From positions 5,088,001 to 5,152,000 of the forward strand of contig OZ252299.1 of assembly GCA_965250285.1 (NCBI GenBank): a stretch of 64,000 nt of DNA, given 5' to 3'. The notes under the pieces were generated by a model, which was given only the letters and a program-made list of their open reading frames with translations, made no database searches and was not told the origin of the DNA. Below, piece by piece: positions 1-9,167 of the stretch; the first letter of the stretch is position 1; the number at the start of each line of letters is the position of its first letter. A program made the position numbers and the translations under genes. The stretch is from Myxococcota bacterium (GTDB taxonomy: Bacteria > Myxococcota_A > UBA9160 > UBA4427).

Positions 1-876
1 ACGCTCGTGTATCGCATCGACGACAACCTGGTGCTGCTGCTGCTGCGGGGCTGCGACACGCTCGCCGAGCAGAAGGTCGTCGATCAGATCGAGGGCGAGC
101 TGATTCGCCCGGCCGAGCCCGACGAGATCAAGGGCGCGCTCGGGGCCATGCCCGGCAGCCTGGGCGCGGTCGGTGTGAGCGACCTCTTCATCGTCGCCGA
201 CGAGGCCCTGCGCGGACGCACCAACATGGTGACCGGCGCGAACGAGGACGACTTCCACCTGAAGGGCGTCGACATCGAGCGCGACATCGACGTGAAAGCG
301 TGGCTCGACCTGCGCGAGGTGCAGGCGGGCGAAGGGTGCCCGATGTGCGGCGCATCGATCGACGTGCAGAAGACGATCGAGGTCGGGCACATCTTCAAGC
401 TCGGCACGAAGTACAGCGATGCGCTCGGCGCCACGGTGCTCGACGAGAACGGCAAGGCCGTACCGGTCGTGATGGGCAGCTACGGCATCGGCCTCGAACG
501 CAACATGGCGGCCGTGGTCGAGGCGAACCACGACGAAGCGGGCATCTGCTGGCCGATGAACGTCTCGCCCTACGAGGTCGTGATCACGGTGGTGAAGCCG
601 AAGGACGTCGCGTGCCTCGAAGCGGCGGAGCGAATCTACGACGGCCTGAAGAAGTCGGGTGTCGACGTGATTCTCGACGATCGCGACGAGCGACCCGGTG
701 TGAAGTTCAAGGATGCCGACCTCGTCGGTTTCCCGTATCGGGTGACGGTCGGACCGAAGGGCCTGGCCGACGGCGTCGTCGAGCTTCGCCGCCGCGCGAG
801 CGGTGACGCGCGCGACCTGCCCCTCGACCATGCGGTCTCCGAGGTGGTCGAGGCCGTCGCCGACGAGCGCCGCTGA
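1..876 (+). CDS. proS: Prolyl-tRNA synthetase, C-terminal part (5' truncated by window edge)
   Basis: Editing-domain GSLG and GANEDDFH, motif IEVGHIFKLGTKYS, MGSYGIG, anticodon domain DDRDERPGVKFKDADLVG; frame open from base 1. Confidence 0.96.
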   Translation, partial: TLVYRIDDNLVLLLLRGCDTLAEQKVVDQIEGELIRPAEPDEIKGALGAMPGSLGAVGVSDLFIVADEALRGRTNMVTGANEDDFHLKGVDIERDIDVKAWLDLREVQAGEGCPMCGASIDVQKTIEVGHIFKLGTKYSDALGATVLDENGKAVPVVMGSYGIGLERNMAAVVEANHDEAGICWPMNVSPYEVVITVVKPKDVACLEAAERIYDGLKKSGVDVILDDRDERPGVKFKDADLVGFPYRVTVGPKGLADGVVELRRRASGDARDLPLDHAVSEVVEAVADERR

Positions 877-1760
877 TGCCGCCGACCGTTCATCTCTTCG
901 ACGGTCATGTCTACATCTTTCGCGCGTACTACTCGCTGCCGTCGATGACGGCCGACGACGGCACGCCGTGCAACGCGGCCTACGGCTTTGCGAACACACT
1001 GATTCGGTTTGCGGCCGACCCCGACGTGACGCACGCCGCGATCTGTTTCGACTACTCGATGGAGAGCTTCCGCAACGAGGTGTTCCCCGAGTACAAGCAG
1101 AACCGCGGGGAGACGCCCGACGACCTCGAGCCCCAGTTCGACCTGTGTCGCGAGATCGCCGACGCGCTGGGCTACCCGGTCTTCGAAGAAGAGGGCTGGG
1201 AGGCCGATGATCTGCTCGCCACGATCTCGACGGGGGTCATCAAGAAGAAGGCCGACGCGGTCGTGATCACCAGCGACAAGGATCTCTGCCAGTTGGTGCG
1301 CGAAGACGGCCGGGTGATCTGCCACGACCTGGCCAAGGAGCACTTCTTCGACGCCGATGCCGTGCGCGCCAAGTTCGGCGTCGACCCCGCGCAGATCCCC
1401 GACTACCTCGGGCTCGTGGGCGACACGGTCGACAATCTGCCCGGTGTGCCCGGCGTCGGCGCGAAGGGCGCGGCCGCCGCCCTCGATGCCTGGTACACGA
1501 TCGACGAGATGCCCCACGAAGAAGAGGCGTGGAAGGCGCTCTCGGTGCGTGGCGCCGCCAGCCTCGGGCGCAAGATCAGCGAGCACCGCGAGCTCGCGCT
1601 TCGAACGAAGGAGCTCGCGACGGTGGTGCACGACGTGCCGGGGATCGCGCCCGGCCTACGCGACCTGCGCTATCGCGGTGCCGACCGCGACGCGGTGCGA
1701 GCCCTGTTCGATCGGCTCGGCTGGAACCGCATCTACGATCGCGTCGAACGCTGGCGCTGA
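876..1760 (+). CDS. Stand-alone 5'-3' exonuclease / flap endonuclease (PolA N-terminal-like)
   Basis: DGHVYIFRAYY, FRNEVFPEYKQNR, WEADDL, SDKDLCQL, H3TH LVGDTVDNLPGVPGVGAKGA; TGATG overlap with proS stop. Confidence 0.93.
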   Translation: MPPTVHLFDGHVYIFRAYYSLPSMTADDGTPCNAAYGFANTLIRFAADPDVTHAAICFDYSMESFRNEVFPEYKQNRGETPDDLEPQFDLCREIADALGYPVFEEEGWEADDLLATISTGVIKKKADAVVITSDKDLCQLVREDGRVICHDLAKEHFFDADAVRAKFGVDPAQIPDYLGLVGDTVDNLPGVPGVGAKGAAAALDAWYTIDEMPHEEEAWKALSVRGAASLGRKISEHRELALRTKELATVVHDVPGIAPGLRDLRYRGADRDAVRALFDRLGWNRIYDRVERWR

Positions 1761-1780
1761 GCGCCGGCTCGGTCGGATCG

Positions 1781-2149
1781 TCACTCGAGCGTCTTCGCCC
1801 ACTCGTCCGCCCATCGATCGAGCGATTTGAGGGCCGGCCCGAGCTTGCGCCCGAGCGGCGTGAGGCTCGCGCCCGCTTCATCGCTTCGCGTGATCAGACC
1901 ACACGCTTCGAGCTCGGCCAGCCGGGTGCTGAGCGTATCGGGCGACATGTCACCGCATCGTGCTCGCAGATCGCGGAAGCCGGTGGGCCCCGTTCTCAGC
2001 TCCCAGAGGATGCGCAGGTTCCAGCGGCGGCCGAGCAGGTCGAGCGCCGCCATGATCGGGCGCCCACCCGCCGAGCCCCGGACGGCGCGACCCGGCAGCG
2101 GAACGTCGACGGGCTTCGGCCTGCGCGCCGTCTTCTTGCTTGCGGTCAT
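1781..2149 (-). CDS. HxlR-family winged-helix transcriptional regulator
   Basis: ALDLLGRRWNLRILWEL...GFRDL...MSPDTLSTRLAELE...LTPLGRKL; start set at ATG 2149 overlapping upstream stop. Confidence 0.88.
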   Translation of the reverse strand: MTASKKTARRPKPVDVPLPGRAVRGSAGGRPIMAALDLLGRRWNLRILWELRTGPTGFRDLRARCGDMSPDTLSTRLAELEACGLITRSDEAGASLTPLGRKLGPALKSLDRWADEWAKTLE

Positions 2150-2724
2150 CGCGCCGGGAAGCGCGCGGCCCAGGGCTCGTGCGCGGTGCGCGTGCCGTTC
2201 GCGAAGAACGAGATCGCGTGATACCAGCCGGCGAGGATCAGCAGCTCGCCGATCTGATCCTCGTCGAAGTGCGTGCGCAGCTCGGCGAAGAGCGCGTCCT
2301 CGATTCGGCTCGTGTCGTGCAACGCATCGACCATGCGGAGGACCGCCGCATCGCGCTCGCTCCAGCATGCGTCGTCGGCGTCACCGTGCACGATCGAGTG
2401 GATCTGCGCTTCGTCGAGGCCCGCCTTCGCGCCGTACCCGGTGACGTGCACGCCCCATTCGTATTCGCAGCCGCAGCGCGCCGTCACCCGATCGATCACC
2501 AGCTCGCGCGTGCGCAGATCGAAGGATGCGCCGCCCTGCTTCGAGCCGGTCAGCATGAATCGGCCGAGCGGATGGATCGCCCGGGCCAGCGGCAGGTCGC
2601 GCGCGAAGGTGCGAAACAGGGCCAGCGGCTCGACGCCGCGCCCGCCGGGCATCATGGCTTCGAGCGCCTCGGTCACGTCGGGCTCGAAGGGGGCCTCGAG
2701 GGCGGGGATGCGGGGCTCGCTCAT
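2146..2724 (-). CDS. Carboxymuconolactone decarboxylase / AhpD-like protein
   Basis: RTRELVIDRVTARCGCEYEWGVH motif; FDEDQIGELLILAGWY. Confidence 0.85.
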   Translation of the reverse strand: MSEPRIPALEAPFEPDVTEALEAMMPGGRGVEPLALFRTFARDLPLARAIHPLGRFMLTGSKQGGASFDLRTRELVIDRVTARCGCEYEWGVHVTGYGAKAGLDEAQIHSIVHGDADDACWSERDAAVLRMVDALHDTSRIEDALFAELRTHFDEDQIGELLILAGWYHAISFFANGTRTAHEPWAARFPAR

Positions 2725-2846
2725 CGGTGTTCTCCCGGGCGCTCGATTGATACGAAAAACGTACCACCGAAATCAGACCGAAGCAAGCGAGCGCGCAGCG
2801 CGCCGTGCGGAGCCGCGGGGGCCCCGCACGGCGCCGATGGCTCGAG

Positions 2847-3323
2847 TCAGTTGACCGAGTCGAGGTAGGCCGTGAGCGCGGTGAGCTCGTTCGCAAGATG
2901 CGGGAGCGGGATCATCACCTTCGAGGAGCGCTTGGGCGTGTAGCCCTCGGGATAGGTGCCGTGCATGACGCGGGCTTCGACCAGCGCGTAGGAAGACCCG
3001 GCCACGGCCGGGCCCAGCGCGCCGTCCTGCGCCGGGTTCTGACTGTGACACGCGATGCAGTTGGCCATGTAGACCTGGCGGCCCCGGGCGACGAGCTGCG
3101 CAGGATCCGGCTCGGCCGGCTCGGCCTTCGTCGGCTCGGGCGTCGCACTCGGCTTCGCGGGTGTGGCGGGCTTCGACGCCGTGGGCTTTGCGGGCTCGGC
3201 CTTCGAGGGGGCCGGGGCACTGCTTCCACCGTCAGAGCAGGCGGCCCACGCAAGCGCCAGCGCCGCGAGTGCGGCGACGATGCTCTTGTGCGGGCGAGAA
3301 CGGGGCTGCTTCGGATCGGTCAT
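2847..3323 (-). CDS. Monoheme cytochrome c, probably lipoprotein with Pro/Ala/Lys linker
   Basis: Hydrophobic signal ending AWAAC, PAKP-rich linker, heme motif CIACH, distal Met (KVMIPL); start chosen at MTDPKQ. Confidence 0.85.
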   Translation of the reverse strand: MTDPKQPRSRPHKSIVAALAALALAWAACSDGGSSAPAPSKAEPAKPTASKPATPAKPSATPEPTKAEPAEPDPAQLVARGRQVYMANCIACHSQNPAQDGALGPAVAGSSYALVEARVMHGTYPEGYTPKRSSKVMIPLPHLANELTALTAYLDSVN

Positions 3324-3468
3324 CTCGATTCCTTCGTTCGGCCGACACCGGCCGCCTTCGGGCCGCGAAGGCGGCGAGGGCCGGGAGAATACCCTCGAGA
3401 CTCGGATGACGCCGTGCGCCGCTCGGGTTCGCAACGCTCGGCTGCGGCAGCTGGGGTAGATTGCGCGC

Positions 3469-4059
3469 ATGTCGTCGCAGCGACCCGAGGGATCCGGACA
3501 AACGCGACCCGCAACGGCGGCGCCGCCGCTCTGGACCCTCGCCAACGCTCTGACCGCGACCCGCCTTTTGCTCGCGCCCGCGATCGCGTTCGCGATCGTG
3601 CACGAAGCTTCTCTTCTCGCGCTCGGCGTCTACCTCGTCGCCATCGCGAGCGACTTCATCGACGGCCGCGTCGCTCGTCATCGCGGCGAGGTCACCCCTT
3701 TCGGGGGCTTCTTCGATCACGTGACCGATGCGGTCTTCGTCGCGAGCGGGCTCGCCGCGCTCGCGGCTCGGGAGGCCGCGCCGGTCTGGCTCGCGCCCCT
3801 GCTGCTCGCGGCCTTCGCGCAGTACACCCTCGATTCGAGGGCGCTCCAGGGGCAGCCCCTGCGCGCGAGTCGGCTCGGTCGCTGGAACGGGATCGCGTAC
3901 TTCGTCGCGCTCGGCACGCCGGTCATTCGCGACGGCCTCGGTCTGGATTCGCCCGCCGACCCGGTGGTGCTCCTGTTCGGCTGGTTGCTCGTGGCGTCGA
4001 CGCTTCTGTCGATGGCCGATCGAGCGATCGCGCTCACCCGCGCGCGCGCCGCGCGCTGA
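3469..4059 (+). CDS. CDP-alcohol phosphatidyltransferase family
   Basis: ANALTATR and signature SDFIDGRVARHRGEVTPFGGFFDHVTD. Confidence 0.9.
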   Translation: MSSQRPEGSGQTRPATAAPPLWTLANALTATRLLLAPAIAFAIVHEASLLALGVYLVAIASDFIDGRVARHRGEVTPFGGFFDHVTDAVFVASGLAALAAREAAPVWLAPLLLAAFAQYTLDSRALQGQPLRASRLGRWNGIAYFVALGTPVIRDGLGLDSPADPVVLLFGWLLVASTLLSMADRAIALTRARAAR

Positions 4060-4099
4060 CGCGAGGCGGGTGCTCCATTCGGTCGATCGGTTCGTGCCG

Positions 4100-4167
4100 C
4101 GCGGAGTTCACGATTCGGAGAAGGGCGGTGCCACGCGGAGTTCACGATTCGGCGAAGGGCGGTGCCG
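4100..4167. repeat. Tandem 2x34-bp duplication covering the SDR stop codon
   Basis: cgcggagttcacgattcggagaagggcggtgcca followed by cgcggagttcacgattcggcgaagggcggtgccg (2 mismatches). Confidence 0.9.
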
Positions 4168-5041
4168 CGAGGATCGCCTTGGCGAGGTCGCCGACGTTCC
4201 ACGCTCCGGTGCTCCCGGGGTCGCGATAGGCGAGCAGCTTCTCGCCGGGCTCGCCGAACAGGCCGACATAGCCGCCCGAACCCGAGAACACCCGCCCGGT
4301 GATCCCGCGCGAGAGCGCGCTCGCGAGGAACACGTAGAGCGGCCCGAGATGCTCGGGCGGCGGTGGATCGAGTGAGGCCTGGCGAACCACGTCGTCGAGT
4401 AGTCCGCGCGCGTGCAGCGATTCGATGTGCCGCGCGTAGTCGTCGCCCGTCGAAAGCCGGGTGCGTGCGCCGGGGCAGACGGCATTCACCCGCACGCCGT
4501 GCTCGCGCAGCTCGGCCGCGATCGCGTAGGTCAGGCTGTTCGTCCCGCCCTTGCCCGCCGGGTAACCCGTGCCCCCGTAGTGCCCCATGAAGGCGTGCGA
4601 GCTCGTGTTCACGATCGCACCGCGGCCGGCCTGCTTCATGTGCGGCGTCGCGTGGCGACACGTGTTGAACGTCGCCGTGAGGTGCGCGTCGATCAGTCGC
4701 TGCCAGTCACCCGGCTCGAGGTCGAGGATCGACGAACCCGGTGGCTCGGCGATGCCCACGCAGTTCACGAGCACGTCGACCGACCCGAACGTGTCGATGC
4801 AGTGCGTGACCAGCGCGCCGGCGGCGTCGAACTCGGCGGCCGATCCGGCGTAGCCGATGGCCCGGTGCCCCGCGGCTTCGATCTCGGCGACGACGGCGTC
4901 GACTTCGGCCTGTCCCCGGCCGTTCACGACGACACGTGCCCCTGCCTCGGCGAGCGCCAGCGCGACGGCCCGGCCGATGCCGCGGCTCGAGCCCGCCACG
5001 ACGGCGCTCTGACCGTCGAGCGGCCGCGCGCCCGTCGTCAC
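4142..5041 (-). CDS. Short-chain dehydrogenase/reductase (SDR)
   Basis: VVAGSSRGIG, VDVLVNCVG, IVNTSS, catalytic YPAGK, VRVNAVCPG; GTG start at 5041 overlaps upstream stop. Confidence 0.92.
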   Translation of the reverse strand: MTTGARPLDGQSAVVAGSSRGIGRAVALALAEAGARVVVNGRGQAEVDAVVAEIEAAGHRAIGYAGSAAEFDAAGALVTHCIDTFGSVDVLVNCVGIAEPPGSSILDLEPGDWQRLIDAHLTATFNTCRHATPHMKQAGRGAIVNTSSHAFMGHYGGTGYPAGKGGTNSLTYAIAAELREHGVRVNAVCPGARTRLSTGDDYARHIESLHARGLLDDVVRQASLDPPPPEHLGPLYVFLASALSRGITGRVFSGSGGYVGLFGEPGEKLLAYRDPGSTGAWNVGDLAKAILAAPPFAES

Positions 5042-6030
5042 GCCTCGCGGCCGGCGAAGAGCTCGCGGTTCGCGCGACGCAAGAAGAGCAGGCCGATCGC
5101 CGCGTTGAAGAAGATGAAGAAGTTGTGCTGGACGAAGCCGAACGCCGTCATCTGGCCCTCGTAGCCCGGGAACAGCACGACCCAGAGCGTGATCGCGACG
5201 GTGCGCATCGGCCCAGGTGTGGCCGCGCCGAAGAAGATCACCGGCAGCACACCGAGCATGCGTCCGAACGTCACGTCGGGGATGCCAAAGAGCTGCAGCG
5301 CCATCGTATATACGAAGACGGCCGCGATCAGCGCGGGCGATCGCAGCACGATGATCGTCGCGTACTGGCTCGCCTTCGATTCGTTGAAGGCCTTCATGAT
5401 CGGGCGTTCGGCGATCCCGAGATTCGAGAGGATGCGGCCCTGGAAGATCGCAAGCAGCAACGGGAACGCGACGTAGGCGACGCCCGCGATCACCGGGATC
5501 GCCTCGAACACCTCGGGCAGGGCGTCGCGCTGCAGGAGCCAGCCGATCAGAGCCCAGGTCAACAGGTAGTAGAACTCGCAGAACATGATGAACAGCATGC
5601 TCGAGCCGACCTCCCAGCCAGGGATGCCGTGCCTGCGGTTCAGGTAGAGGGCCATGGCCCCCTTGCCGACCTGCTCGTTGATGATCGAGAGGATGTAGCT
5701 GCTGCCGCGGATCGGCAGGATGTCTTTGTACGAGACCTTCGCGTTGAACCAGTTGATCACGCGCCACGCGATCAGTGAGTCGATGAGAAAGAAGAAGGCC
5801 GAGTACGGAATCATCAGCGCGAGCCAGGTGCCCCACGACACGCCGCCGAAGATCGAACCGAGGTACTCGAGGAGGGTCGCGTTCTCTCGCGCCGCCGCGG
5901 CTCCGAGGCGACCGTAGAGGTAGTAGAAGCAGGCGAGCGTGATCAGCCACGGGACGAGTCGCGCGACGAGGCCGGGCTTGCGCGGGCCCGCCTGCTCGTT
6001 CTCTTCTGACGCTTCGGCAGCTTCGCTCAT
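5038..6030 (-). CDS. Multi-pass membrane protein, lysylphosphatidylglycerol-synthase TM / flippase-like
   Basis: About 8 hydrophobic segments; SYILSIINEQVGKG region resembles the UPF0104 motif. Confidence 0.6.
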   Translation of the reverse strand: MSEAAEASEENEQAGPRKPGLVARLVPWLITLACFYYLYGRLGAAAARENATLLEYLGSIFGGVSWGTWLALMIPYSAFFFLIDSLIAWRVINWFNAKVSYKDILPIRGSSYILSIINEQVGKGAMALYLNRRHGIPGWEVGSSMLFIMFCEFYYLLTWALIGWLLQRDALPEVFEAIPVIAGVAYVAFPLLLAIFQGRILSNLGIAERPIMKAFNESKASQYATIIVLRSPALIAAVFVYTMALQLFGIPDVTFGRMLGVLPVIFFGAATPGPMRTVAITLWVVLFPGYEGQMTAFGFVQHNFFIFFNAAIGLLFLRRANRELFAGREA

Positions 6031-6962
6031 GTGGGCTCCTCACTCGACCCGAGCACTCGGGCCAGCGTTTCGTCGAGTGGCGTCAGCTCGATGCCGAGCA
6101 GATCGCAGGCAACGCCGGCTTCGACGCGATCGTCGTGCTCGAGGATGTCGAGCATGTCGCGGGTCATGCCGGGGCTCGAGCTCGTCGTCTGCATCAGCGC
6201 GACCGCCGCGTTGACCAGCGGGCGAGGGATCGGCAGCACGGCGGGGCCTCGCTGGCCGAGTAGCCGCGCCGCCCGAGCGACGAGCTCGCGGTGCGACAGG
6301 TTCTCGGGGCCACCGAGATCGAGGGCGAGACCGCTGGCGCCCGATCGGTCGAAGGCCGCAAGGACGGCGTTGAGCACGTCGTCGGCGTCGATTGGCTGCT
6401 GGCGGGTTCGGCCGCCCGAGATCATGGGCGCGAAACCCGAACGCGCCTGTCGCCCGAGCGAGGCTGCCGCGTAGTCGCCCTCGCCGATCACCATCGGGAC
6501 GCGCAGCACGGTGGCCGGCGCGCTGCCTTCGAGCAGCAGCTCTTCGGCCCGCCCCTTCGAAGCCAGACAGGCGTTCGCGTGATCGGGCCGTGCGCCGATG
6601 ATGCTGAGATACGCGATGCGCTCGATGCCGCTTGCGGCGGCAGCCCGCGCGAGGCTGCGACACGTCGCTTCGTGGGCGTCTTCGTAGGTCGCGCCCGCCG
6701 ACTCCTTGATGATGCCGACGAAGTGGGCGACGAAGCGACAGCCCTGCATGGCCTCGGCGAGCCGGGCCTCGTCGGTGTAGTCGCCGACGACGACGTCGAC
6801 GCCCTTGGTCATCGGGTCGTCGCGCAGCGTCGCGGCGGCACGCTCGGACCGCACGAAAGCGCGCACTTCACGCTCGCCGCTTCGCAGCAGGCGAGCAATG
6901 AGCCGCCGGCCGAGATGGCCGTTGGCGCCGGTGACGAGTACGCGATCAGGATCGGTGGGCAT
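6027..6962 (-). CDS. NAD(P)-binding atypical SDR/epimerase (complex I NDUFA9-like)
   Basis: VLVTGANGHLG, HFVGIIKE, SKGRAEELL, QQPIDADDV, LGGPENLS. Confidence 0.85.
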   Translation of the reverse strand: MPTDPDRVLVTGANGHLGRRLIARLLRSGEREVRAFVRSERAAATLRDDPMTKGVDVVVGDYTDEARLAEAMQGCRFVAHFVGIIKESAGATYEDAHEATCRSLARAAAASGIERIAYLSIIGARPDHANACLASKGRAEELLLEGSAPATVLRVPMVIGEGDYAAASLGRQARSGFAPMISGGRTRQQPIDADDVLNAVLAAFDRSGASGLALDLGGPENLSHRELVARAARLLGQRGPAVLPIPRPLVNAAVALMQTTSSSPGMTRDMLDILEHDDRVEAGVACDLLGIELTPLDETLARVLGSSEEPT

Positions 6963-8127
6963 CGTGCGAAGGTAGCGGCTGGCTCGGGTCGACGGGGTGC
7001 AGAGTGCGGACGAGACTCAGCGCCGCGACGGCCGAGATGGCGCAGCCGATGGCCACGCCGAGCATGACCGCGGTGGGGCCGCGGTCGTCGCCGACGATGC
7101 CGAGGCCCCACGGCAGCAGAAACCCGCCCGCTCCGCCGAGCCCCACTACGATCGCAACCGCGGTCGCGCGGGCCTCGGGGACCGCTTGTCCAGAAAGTGC
7201 GACGAAGAGCGGGAATTGTGCGCCCATCGCGAGTCCGACGGCGCCCAGGAGCAGCTCGATCGACTCGAACCGCAGGGCGATGCCCGCGCCCAACACCAGC
7301 GTGCCCACGGTGGCCGTCCAGAACAGCGTGCGCACGCCTGCGGGGCGCGGCGCGAGCATGACCGCGACGCGCATCGCGAGCAGGCCGAGCCAGAAGGCGC
7401 TGATCGCGGTGCGGCCTCGATCGGCGCTGAGCCCCAGCACCTCGTCGGTGTAGGGGATCACGAAGAGCGTCAGGCACGTCTCGGCGCCGACGTAGAAGAA
7501 CGCCGCGACGATCAACCCGACGATCGCGGGTCGCGTGATCCACGCGCGGATCCCCGCTTCGTTTGCGGGATGAACGCTCGCGTGCGGCGAGGTCGAGAAC
7601 ACGTCGGCGCGCATGCCCCAGAGCGCAACCGCGGCGTGGGCGCCGCCGAGCACACGGAACCCGTCGACGTAGTCGCCTCCGCGATCGACCCATGCGAGGA
7701 TCGCGAGCGGTGCGAGCATGCCCCCGAGCGTGGCCGCCGAGTGCACGAAGGACAGGCGTCGCACCGAGTCTTCGGCGTAGCGCGACACCACCGTCGCGTT
7801 GACGACGGTCTCATAGAACCCGGCGCCGAGGCCGGCCACGAACAGGTGCAATGCGGCGCGCTCGAAGCCCATGCCGCGTCCGACCGTGAGCAGTGCGGTC
7901 GCCGTGAGGAGAACCGAGCCGACGAAGAGGGGACGCCCCGGTCGGCGGTCGGCCAACGGCCCGGCGCAGACCACGCCGATGCCGATACCGGCGACGATCG
8001 CGGCACCGAGCAGGCCGATCTCGCGCAGGCCCACGCCCAGCGCATCGGTCAGCTGCGGTTGGTACGCGCCCACTATGACGAGCTGGCAGCCGAAGAGGAG
8101 GAACGTTGCGAAGCCGAGGATCAGCAC
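6946..8127 (-). CDS. MFS transporter
   Basis: About 12 TM segments, GPLADRRPGRP loop motif, FYVGAE; start uncertain. Confidence 0.85.
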   Translation of the reverse strand: MLILGFATFLLFGCQLVIVGAYQPQLTDALGVGLREIGLLGAAIVAGIGIGVVCAGPLADRRPGRPLFVGSVLLTATALLTVGRGMGFERAALHLFVAGLGAGFYETVVNATVVSRYAEDSVRRLSFVHSAATLGGMLAPLAILAWVDRGGDYVDGFRVLGGAHAAVALWGMRADVFSTSPHASVHPANEAGIRAWITRPAIVGLIVAAFFYVGAETCLTLFVIPYTDEVLGLSADRGRTAISAFWLGLLAMRVAVMLAPRPAGVRTLFWTATVGTLVLGAGIALRFESIELLLGAVGLAMGAQFPLFVALSGQAVPEARATAVAIVVGLGGAGGFLLPWGLGIVGDDRGPTAVMLGVAIGCAISAVAALSLVRTLHPVDPSQPLPSHDAHRS

Positions 8128-8164
8128 GACGAGAGCGTGCCGCTGCCGCGATCGAGTGTCGAGG

Positions 8165-8698
8165 CTAGAGGTTGAGCTCCAGACGGGCCGCTTCGGACAT
8201 CATGTCCATACTCCACGGCGGCTCCCAGACGAGCTCGAGCTGAACGTGACGCACGCCTGCGACGTCGCGCACCTTTGCTTCGACCTCGGGCGGCAGCGTC
8301 TCGGCCACGGGGCACATCGGCGTCGTCAGCGTCATCACGACCTGAACGTCGCCGGTCGGCTCGACTTCGACCTCGTAGATGAGGCCCAGCTCGTAGATGT
8401 CGACGGGGATCTCGGGGTCGTACACCGTCTTGAGCACCGCAATCACGGCGTCGCGCACGGCGGCGACGTCGACGGACTCACCCGGCATCGGCGGGCGTGC
8501 GGGCGCCGGGTCGGAAGCGGGCTCCGACGCCGCCGAGTCTGAGGGTGTGAGGGGCACCGCGGGTGCGGACGTGTGGGTCGTCTCGTCCGCCTCGGGTGCG
8601 GCTGCGTTCGCTTCGGACATCGCAGGGTTTCCTTCGGCGACCGTGGTGTCGGTGCCGGGCTCGTTGGTCTTGCGTCTGAATCGATCGAAGAAGGCCAC
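8165..8698 (-). CDS. sufT: SUF Fe-S assembly protein SufT (DUF59) with low-complexity N-terminal extension
   Basis: LKTVYDPEIPVDIYELGLIY, MTLTTPMCPVA, LVWEPPWSMDMMSEAARLEL. Confidence 0.9.
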   Translation of the reverse strand: MAFFDRFRRKTNEPGTDTTVAEGNPAMSEANAAAPEADETTHTSAPAVPLTPSDSAASEPASDPAPARPPMPGESVDVAAVRDAVIAVLKTVYDPEIPVDIYELGLIYEVEVEPTGDVQVVMTLTTPMCPVAETLPPEVEAKVRDVAGVRHVQLELVWEPPWSMDMMSEAARLELNL

Positions 8699-8702
8699 GC
8701 TG

Positions 8703-9167
8703 CTACTCCGTCTTCGCGACGGTCTCGCCGCCCGTCGCCGCGGAGTGGAGCGTGTGCCAGCAGAGCGTCGCGCACTTCACGCGCATCGGAAACTCTCGGA
8801 CCCCCGAGAACACGGCGAGCTTGCCGAGACCCGGCGCGTCGACGTCCTGGTTCGGCGGCGCGGTCACGAGCTCGTGGAATCGCTCGAAGCCCTCCTCGAC
8901 CTCCTTGAGCGTTTTGCCCTTCACGAACTCGGTCATCAGCGATGCCGAGGCGGTCGAGATCGCGCACCCCGAGCCCGTGAAGCCCACGTCCACGACCTGA
9001 TCGCCCTCGACGACGAGCTCGACCGTCACCTCGTCGCCGCAGAGCGGGTTGTGCCCTTCGGCGGTCGCCGTGGGTTCATCGAGATGGCCGAAGTTCCTCG
9101 GGTTCTTGTTGTGATCGAGGATCATCGTCTGGTAGAGCTCGCGCAGCTCGTCGTCGACGCCGTCCAT
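8703..9167 (-). CDS. sufU: SUF system NifU-like sulfur-transfer protein SufU
   Basis: LYQTMILDHNKNPRNFG, GHNPLCGD, GCAISTAS, RVKCA; ATG at 9167 overlaps sufS stop. Confidence 0.95.
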   Translation of the reverse strand: MDGVDDELRELYQTMILDHNKNPRNFGHLDEPTATAEGHNPLCGDEVTVELVVEGDQVVDVGFTGSGCAISTASASLMTEFVKGKTLKEVEEGFERFHELVTAPPNQDVDAPGLGKLAVFSGVREFPMRVKCATLCWHTLHSAATGGETVAKTE

